From assembly GCA_001643675.2 (NCBI GenBank), contig LSRY02000035.1, positions 186,001 to 250,000 of the forward strand: a stretch of DNA of 64,000 nt, written 5' to 3'. Source of the stretch: Monocercomonoides exilis PA203. Taxonomy: Eukaryota > Protista > Preaxostyla. The translations under genes and the position numbers were made by a program. Every line of letters begins with the position of its first letter. Position 1 is the first letter of the stretch. Positions 55,910 to 64,000 of this stretch are shown in pieces. The notes under the pieces are model-generated. The model saw only the letters and a list, made by a program, of their open reading frames with translations, was not told the origin of the DNA and ran no database searches.

Positions 55910-58508
55910 AGCAGGTGATGGCAATGGATTCACTTCTCCATCTTTCTTTTTGGAATGTCTTCTTTCTGTTTTCTTGTTCTTTCATCAAGTTATATTTTTT
56001 CAAAATTATTATTATTGCGTCTTCATATTTAACCGTCTAAATTGCTCCAAAGCTTTGGTTAAGTTTTATTTTTTGGAAATTCTTTTCTAATCTTTTTTTT
56101 TTAACAGCATGTGTATATTCATTTCACATCTTTCTTGCTGTAGTTTTCTTCCAATCTCTTGATGCAGAAAAGAAAAAAAATATCCGTTTGAAAATGCAGA
56201 ATAAAAAAAACAATAAATAAATTAATAAACTTAAAGTTATCACGATTAATATAGATATCATAAAAAGGATGAAATTAAAAAAGGTTTAAATAATATCCAA
56301 AGAAATTAATAATAAAAATTAACAATTACCATTATTATTATTTCAAAAAAAAAAGAAAGAAAAAGAAAAGTTTCAATATGAAAAAGAAAGGACAATTAGA
56401 GGACATTTTGAATATCACCAATAAATTATGAAAATTACTTGCAGAAGTTATGATGATGATGATGGAAAACGTGAACAGTCATTGGATGAATATTGCACAA
56501 AAACAAGCAATATTATAAATAACACATCCGATGAATAATAATACTCTGTTCATGAAGCCGATTAATGTTATTGAATCGCTATGTGCTTATGTGCTTATGT
56601 GCTTGTGTGTGTGTGTGAATGAATGTGTGCGTGTGAGTGTATGTGAGAACAATGAAGATAAAGCAATTTCATTTCAAGCCAAACAATTGCGACTTTCATC
56701 ATTTATAAAAATAAATATATTGCAATTTATAACAATATAAAGTACATACAATCAGAACAGCTAATTTAAAATAGAAGCAATAATCAGGAGGGAAAAAGAT
56801 AAATAAATAAAAATAGGAAATTATAAAAAAAAGTATCAAAGAAGCAGAAGAACAAAAAGAGTTCAGTAAAGTCACTGCATTCGCCATTGAAGGTTAAAAA
56901 AGCAATGACGAATGCGCATATCCTTATGGCTAATCATTTTTCAATGATTTTTTTTTACAAACAAAAAAAAAATTCAAAAAAAAAAAAAAAATGTTTTTTT
57001 TTTAAACAAATAAAATGAACTACAAAACGAATAGAAAAGTAAAGAAAAGAAAATTCTCGAATAAAAACCTATTTTAAACTGTTATAGAAAGACGATATAG
57101 GCAACGAAAGCTTATACATTTTTGTAAAAATCAAAAAAAAAAAAAAAAAAAAATAATCCCAAAAAAATGTGAGTATTAATTTAAAGAAAGTATAAGCTCA
57201 TAATCTCAACAGCCTTAATCGCATTAAAGGTCAAAAAATAAATAAAATAAAATAAAACAAAACAAAAAATATAAATAATGAATAAAAAGAATCATATATT
57301 CAAGATAAATTTTAATAAATTGTGTTTAAAAAAATAAGAAAGTTTAAAGACTTCCAAAACAAAAATAAATGTTTTTCTTTTATTAAAAAATTACAAATAA
57401 AAGAAACCATAAAAAGAAAATAAGAATATAGAAAAAGAAACAAAAGTTAAAAGGATTGCAATAAGAACTATTAATTTATTTATTTTTTTATTTCCTTTCT
57501 TTCTTTTCAATTATTAAAAAATAGAATATTTTTTTTTCTTTTATAAAAACGATAAAAGAGGAAAGAATAAGAAGCAAAACAGAAAGGAAAGAAAGAAGTT
57601 ATGACATATACACCAAAGCAAATAAGATAAAATTACCATTCATTTCTTGTAACAAGAAAAGAAAAGCTTAACTTAGATTGGATAATATAAGGAAAAGAGG
57701 TGAGAAAAAAAAAAAGAGAAAGAGTGAAAGAAAAAGAGTGAAAGAGAAAGAGTGAAAGAGAAAGAGGAAAAGAATGAATAATGGAATCGAAATCCATAAA
57801 GAGGAGAAACTAAAAAAAGTAACGCAATAACAAAATTAAAAATTCAGAAAATTAAAAAAAAGAAAGAAGAGAAAAGAATAGAAAAGAAAAGAAGAAGGAT
57901 TATTTCAAAGAGAAATATAAAAACATCCAATTAAAAATTTATTGGCTTCATAAAAATGTGAAAAATATTTCAAAAATTAAAAAAAACAAAACAAGATCAA
58001 AACTTTCATTTCACTTTTATTTCCTTATATTTCTTTAAATATTTCCACAGTTCGATGTTTCATATATTTGCTTTGTATTTTTTCCTTTCTTTCTTCCTTT
58101 CTTCCTTTTTTCTTTTCTTTTCTTTTCTTTTCTTTTCTTTTTGTATTCTTTTTTTTATAACTATTTATAACATCATATTTTTTTTTTATTCCAAATTTCT
58201 TCTTTATCATCTTCTTCTTTTCTTCTTGTTTTTTCCTTTTCTTCTTCCTTTTTCAATCTTCTTCATTTCATCTCTTCAGATAAGCAACAGAAGCAACAGA
58301 TAAAGAAAGAGAAAGAAATATCCAAGTGATATTCCCCATCTATTTCATTTCACTTCACTTCACTTCACTTCACTAAAGAAAATATTTACTTCACTTCATT
58401 GTATTTCATTTATCTTTATTAAAATAAGATTTCTTTTCTTTTAAAATTTCAATAAATCTCTCTTCATTGCATTCAATCTAATTGTATTTCATTGTATTTC
58501 ATTATATT

Positions 58509-61500
58509 TCATTGCATACCCACTACAGCAGTAGCAGTAGCAGAGGCAGAAGAAGAAGGAGAAGGAGAGATGTGATGAGTAGATGCGACAGAACGGCGCA
58601 GTCTTTCTGAAGTGAGTGGAGTGCGAATGTGTTTTGTGGTTGAGGGAGAAGAAATAGAGGAGGAGGAGGAAGAGGGAAAAGAAGAAGATGAAGAAGAAGG
58701 AAAACAGGAGGAAGAAGAAGAAGGAGAAAGAAAAGAAGACGATGACGATGGAAGAAGAGAAGGAAGAGCAGATGGGTTTGGAGAAGGGAAAGAAGAGGAA
58801 GAAGAAGAAGAAGAAGAAGGGTTGGGTGAGTGATGCGAATGAAGAGCAGGGGAAAAGGAGGATTTATAAGCAGACTGCTGAAGATGAGAGAGAGAAGAGG
58901 AAGGAGTTGATAGAGAAGATAAGGAAGATGACAATGATAAGGAAGAGGAAGAGGAAGAGGAAGAGGAAGAAGAAGAAGAAGAAGAGGAGGAGGAGGAGGA
59001 AAATGAAGAAGAAGAAGGATTTGAAGATGAATAAGGAGAAGAAGATGATGATGAACCAAGATAAGGAGAAGAAGAAGAAGAAATAGAAGAAGAAGAAGAT
59101 GATGATGATGAATTAGAAGAAGAAGATGGAGTAACAGCTCTGAGAGAACGAAGTCCACTTCTTCCAAAAGAATTCGTTTTTGAGTGCTGACTGCGATGAA
59201 TTCTGCCTGAATGAGTGGAGAGAGGAGAATTAGAGGAATTTACAGGATTTGAAGGATTTGAAGGATTAGAGGGATTTTGAGTATTAATTTGATTAATTGG
59301 ATTAATTGTATTGGTTAAAGGAGAAGAAGAAGAAGAGGAAGAGGAAGAGGAAGAAGATGGTGAGGCTGTTGATGCAGAAGTTGATAACTGATTAAATGAT
59401 AAAGAAGATGGAAAAGAAGAAGAAGAGGAGGAGGAGGAGGAAGAAGAAGAAGAAGAAGAAGATGATGATGATGATGATGAAGAGAAAGGAGAAGAATTAG
59501 GAGAAGTTGGAGTGAGAGGGAAAGGATTGTTGCAGCAATAGTTGACAAGAGTAGCTGAAGGTTGAGTGTTTGATGGAGAAGAAGAAGAAGAAGAAGAAGA
59601 ATTTGAAGAGGAGGAGGAGGAGGAAGAGGAGGAAGAGGAAGAATAAGAAGGAGAGAAAGATGAAGAAGAAGAGGAAGAAGAAGAAGAATTAATATTTGAT
59701 GGCTGAGAGATGGCTAATGTTCTGAGAGCAGAAGATATTGCAGAGAATGAAGAAGAAGGAGAATTAGAAGAAGAGGAAGAGGAAGAAGAAGAATGAGTAG
59801 AGGAAAGAGAGAAAGAAATGGGATAAGAAGAAGAGGAAGAGGAAGAAGGAAAAGAGGAAAAGGAAGAAAAAGATGATGATGATGATGAAGTTAATGATGA
59901 ATTAGGAGCAATAGCAATAGAATGTGGAGAAGAAGAATGTGGAGAAGAAGAATGTGGAGAAGAAGAATGTGGAGAAGAAGCAATAGGAGAAGAAGAGGAA
60001 GAAGAGATTGGTGTGATATTTGCAGATAAATTTGGAGTGGGAACAAAAGAGGAGGAGGAGGAGGAGGAAGAAGAGGAAGAAGAAGAAGAAGACAATGAAG
60101 TTAAACCAGGTATGTTAGAAGAGATGGAAGAGAGAGAAGAAGAAGGAAAAGTTGATGATAAAGAAGAAGAGAATAAAGAAGAGGAAGAAGAAGAAGAAGA
60201 GGATGATGAAGAAGAAGAAGAGGATGATGATGAAGAGGATGATGAAGAAGGATTAAATGAAGAAGATGAGATAGAAGAAGGAGGAAATGAAGAAGAAGAA
60301 GAAGAACCAATACTTGACTCAGGAGTAAGGCAGTTATGAAGGATAGGGGTGAGGGTGATGGAGGTGATAGAGGTGATGTTTGTGTCAAGAAGAGGAGAAT
60401 TCATCAGAGAAGAGGAAGAATGGTTGGGGGAAGAGACAGAAAAGAGAGAGGAAGAAGAGGAAGAGAAAGAAGAGGAGGAAGTGGAGGAAGAATTTGAAGA
60501 AATATTAGAAATCTTATTTGGATTAATAGAAGAAGAAGAAGAAGGAGTAGAAGAAGAAGAAGAAGAAGAAGAAGAAGAAGAAGAAGAAGAAGAAGAAGAA
60601 GAAGAAGAAGAAGAAGAAGAAGAAGAATTAAAAGAAGAATTAGAAGAAGAAGCAGCAGTAGGCATTGTCATAGAGAGTGGAGAAAAAGCTTCCTTCTTCG
60701 CATTCGCACTCATATTCATACTCATATTCATCTTCTCCTTCACACCCACTCCAGTTCCCATCCCCATCCCTGCCCCACAACCCACCCCCACCCCTACATT
60801 CACAGACATTGAGCTTGATCTTCTTCTACTTCGAATTTTACTTCCATTTTTGATTATTGCTGCTGCTGCTGATGCTACTTTCTCCTCCTCCTCCTCCTCC
60901 TCCTCCTCCTCCTCCTCCTCCATTACTGCTACTACTAATACTGTTATAACCTCCAATGCTATTAATACTTATACCTCCAATATTACTATTATTACTATTA
61001 TTACTTATACTATTACTTGTGTTCTTACTATTAATGAAAGAACTGCCAATACCATTAATATTACTAACATTACATATTTTGCTTATATTACTAATACTCC
61101 TAATACTCCTAATACTGCTGCTGCTGCTGCTTCTATCTCTATTCTTCACTCTGCAACTGATGGGCTTCTCATTCAGCTGCTTCTCAAATGAGACAGAAAA
61201 GGGATTGATTGTGGAAGATGATGAAGATGAAGAGGAAGAAGAAGAAGATGATGAAGAAGAAGATAATGAAGTTGATCGAGATGAAGGAGAAACTTGTGAT
61301 GTTTGAGTCAGCTGTGAAACTTGTGTATTTTGTGATGATTGCAATTTCTGTGATGAATATGAAGATGGCTTAGCTGACTTAGCAGATTTCGATGTTTTTG
61401 ATGTCTTATTTGATTGAGATAATTGTGAATTCGAAATGTTCTGTATATTCATTGAATTTTGTGTATTTTGAATATTTTGTGTATTTTGTGTGTTTTGGAT

Positions 61501-63999
61501 GTTTTGCAATGAAAGAGAAGGTTGTAATGATTGCATTGGTTGTATTGTTTGGCTCATATTCTTCTGATTATAAGGTGATTTAGGTGATTTAGGTGATTTA
61601 GGTGACTTTGGTGATATAGAAGTTGTTGGAGAAGCAGGAGAAGAAGAAGAAGGAGGAGAAGAAGGAGGAGGAGAAGGAGGAGAAGAAGGAGGAGGAGAAA
61701 GAGAAGGAGAAAGAGGAGAAAGAGGAGAGAGAGAAGAAATAGGAGAAAGAGGAGAAAGAGGAGAAAGAGGGGATGCGGTTGTATTAATAGCTGATGTGAT
61801 ATTCGTGTTGGTATTTGCATTAGTATTATTAGTATTAGTATTATTATTAGAACAAGAATTTGTTATTGAAGAAGAAATTGAATTTATATTAGTATTATTA
61901 CTTATGTTATTATTGTTGTTATTGTTGTTATTGTTATTGCTATTATTACTTGAATGAGGCAATAAATCACAGAAGAAGAGAGTTCCAGGTGATTGAAGAG
62001 AAAGACAGCTGGTGAATGAATCAGAGGGAGAAGAAGAAGAAGGAGGAGGAAAGGAAGAAGAAGAAGAAGAAGGAAAAGAAGAAGAAGAAGAAGATGAAGA
62101 AGAAGAAGAAGAAGATGAAGAAGAAGAAGAAGAAGAAGAAGAAGAAGAAGAAGAAGAAGGAGTAGAAGAAGACGAAGAGGAAGGATTAGAGAAGGAAGAA
62201 GAAGAAGAAGAAGAAGAAGAAGAAGAAGAAGAAGAAGAAGAAGAAGAAGAAGAAGAAGAAGAAGAGGATAATGGAGAAGAAGGGAATGTTGGATTGGTAT
62301 TTGGATTTGAGCTTATGTTTATATTTGTCAATGGATTAGCACCAGGAAACGGAGAAGAAGAAGAAGAAGAAGAATTAGAAGAAGAAGAAGGTCCTATATA
62401 CAAATTCTGCTCTCCAATAGAATCTCCAATAGGCAAAAATGCAACAGTTTCTAAAGTTTCTCTGAGAGAAGGCAAAGAAGTTGATATATTCAGAGGAAAA
62501 GGTTTGGATTGGATTGATTCTTTCTTTTGGGGGAGAGAAGAAGAAGAGGAAGAAAAAGAGGAAGAAGAGGAAGAAGAGGAAGAAGAGGAAGAAGAGGAAG
62601 AGGAAGAGGAAGAAGAAGAAATGGAAAGAGAGGAAGGTTGGAGATGATGTTTGGAAGAAGATGAGAAGGAGGAGGAGGATGATGAAGAAGGAAAAGGAGA
62701 AGAAGAGGAAGAAGAATTAGTTTTTGTATTGTTTGAGGAAGAGAAAGAAGAAGGACTAGATGTTAAAGGAGTATTCAATTGAGTGAAAGCAGATGAATCA
62801 AAAGAAGAAGAGGAATAAGAAGAAGAAGAAGGATTATTAGAAGAAAAGGAAGAATGAGAAGAAGAAGGATGAGAAGAAGAAGAAGAAACCATTGAGCTTA
62901 ATGCATTAGAAGACAATGATCTGATTGCAGGAGGAGCAGCAGCAGTAGTAGTAGTAGTAGAAGAAGAAGAAGAAGAGATGTCGAAGCTGGAGAGCTGAAG
63001 AGGAGAGGAAGGAATGGCATTAGATGAGGGTGGATAACAAGAAGAGGAAGAGGAAGAAGAAGAAGGAAAGGAAGAAGATGGTGATGAAGGAAATGAAGAA
63101 GGATTAGAAGAAGAAGATGATGATGACGATGACGTATTAATGCTATTTCCCAAAGAAGAATTTGATTTCTTATGAAAATTGCTTGAAGAATACTCCAATT
63201 CCGATGAATTTCTTCTGTGTGATTTTATTCCACTCAGTTTCTCAAATGAAGAAGAAGAAGAAGAAGAAGAAGAAGAAGAAGAAGAAGAAGAAGAAGAAGA
63301 AGAAGAAGAAGAAGAAGAAGAAGAAGAAGAAGAAGAAGAAGAAGAAGAAGAAGAAGAAGAAGAAGAAGAAGAAGAAGGAAGATTTGCAATGGAAGGAAGA
63401 ATTGTCTTGGATGAATGAGAATTCTGTTTGAACTTGCTGAAGGAGAGAGAAAGAGGAGGAACTTGGAAGGAGGAAGAGAGAGAAGAGGAGCGATGGTTGG
63501 AAGGTTGAGAGGAAGAAGAGGAAGAAGAGGAAGAAGAGGAAGAGGATGATGAAGAAGAAGTAACATTTGGTGTTAAAGAGAATAAAGACATTGAAGAAGA
63601 AGTAGAAGAAGAAGAAGAAGAAGGCAATGACAAGTTATTAGCTGAAGCAGTATTAACTGCATTTGAAGCACCTGAAGCAACAAAACAGCTGTTAGGACTC
63701 AAACCACCAAGCTCATTCTTCACAGGCATCATATTCTCCATCGCATTCTTCATCTGCCCTTGTGTTTTCATTGGAGTCAACGAACTCATAGAATTCATAG
63801 AAGTCATTGAATTCTGTGTTTTCATTGAATTAACTGGAGTATTAAATGAATTCAATGAATTTGACATGTTTGTCACATTTGACATGCTTGCAACATTTGA
63901 CATATTTGACATATTCATTGCATTCATTGACTTCTGCATCTTCATTTCTTTCATCTCCTTCATCTCCTTCATCGTCTTTGGTGTTCTTGGTGCCCACTC
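58509..63999 (-). CDS. Giant poly-Ser low-complexity protein, 5' end outside the window, with one frame break near 60840-61030
   Basis: Two overlapping ORFs (60838-63972, open to the window edge, and 58509-60956) have the same composition and are offset by +1. No recognisable domain. Confidence 0.6.
59461..59672 (-). repeat. 212-bp cassette, copy B (identical to 24242-24453)
   Basis: Encodes the same peptide [11 protein letters not shown]...[35 protein letters not shown] in frame. Confidence 0.92.
63248..63376 (+). repeat. Perfect (GAA)43 tract, read as poly-Ser on the minus strand
   Basis: Directly visible; a similar ~25-unit tract lies at ~60550-60626. Confidence 0.95.
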
Positions 64000-64000
64000 T

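Noticed and set aside
55910-58508. 2.6-kb A-rich interval as a possible element
   Set aside because: No TIRs, ORFs or RNA-gene motifs; consistent with convergent 3' UTRs and intergenic DNA.

Overview
AT-rich, intron-rich eukaryotic DNA. TAA, TAG and TGA all end genes, so the standard genetic code is used. Short GT-AG introns, extreme poly-Ser/poly-Glu tracts and an expanded lineage-specific helical gene family suggest an oxymonad such as Monocercomonoides (inference, not verified). Hand-spliced genes in order: 3' end of alpha-SNAP; three paralogues of an unknown ~440-aa helical family with shared intron positions; a ~1970-aa Glu/Lys/Ser low-complexity protein; casein kinase 1 with an ~830-aa tail; a DeSI/PPPDE-PUL peptidase; PP2A scaffold subunit A; SF1/BBP; an ATG27/M6P-receptor-like protein; an unknown 1241-aa protein; an ABHD13/BEM46 hydrolase; an FG-GAP propeller membrane protein; WDR48/UAF1; LEO1; and a giant poly-Ser gene running off the right edge. 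Main unexplained observations: (1) an identical 212-bp in-frame cassette shared by two unrelated genes 35 kb apart, bounded by poly-Ser microsatellites; (2) a 443-bp Tc1/pogo-type MITE with TA target duplication; (3) (AAG)n/(CTT)n-derived insertions inside conserved folds; (4) three head-to-head gene pairs, with as little as 37 bp between ATGs; (5) a +1 frame break at AAG-TAA-A; (6) a within-gene GC and intron-length gradient. All exon boundaries were derived by eye and need RNA-seq confirmation.
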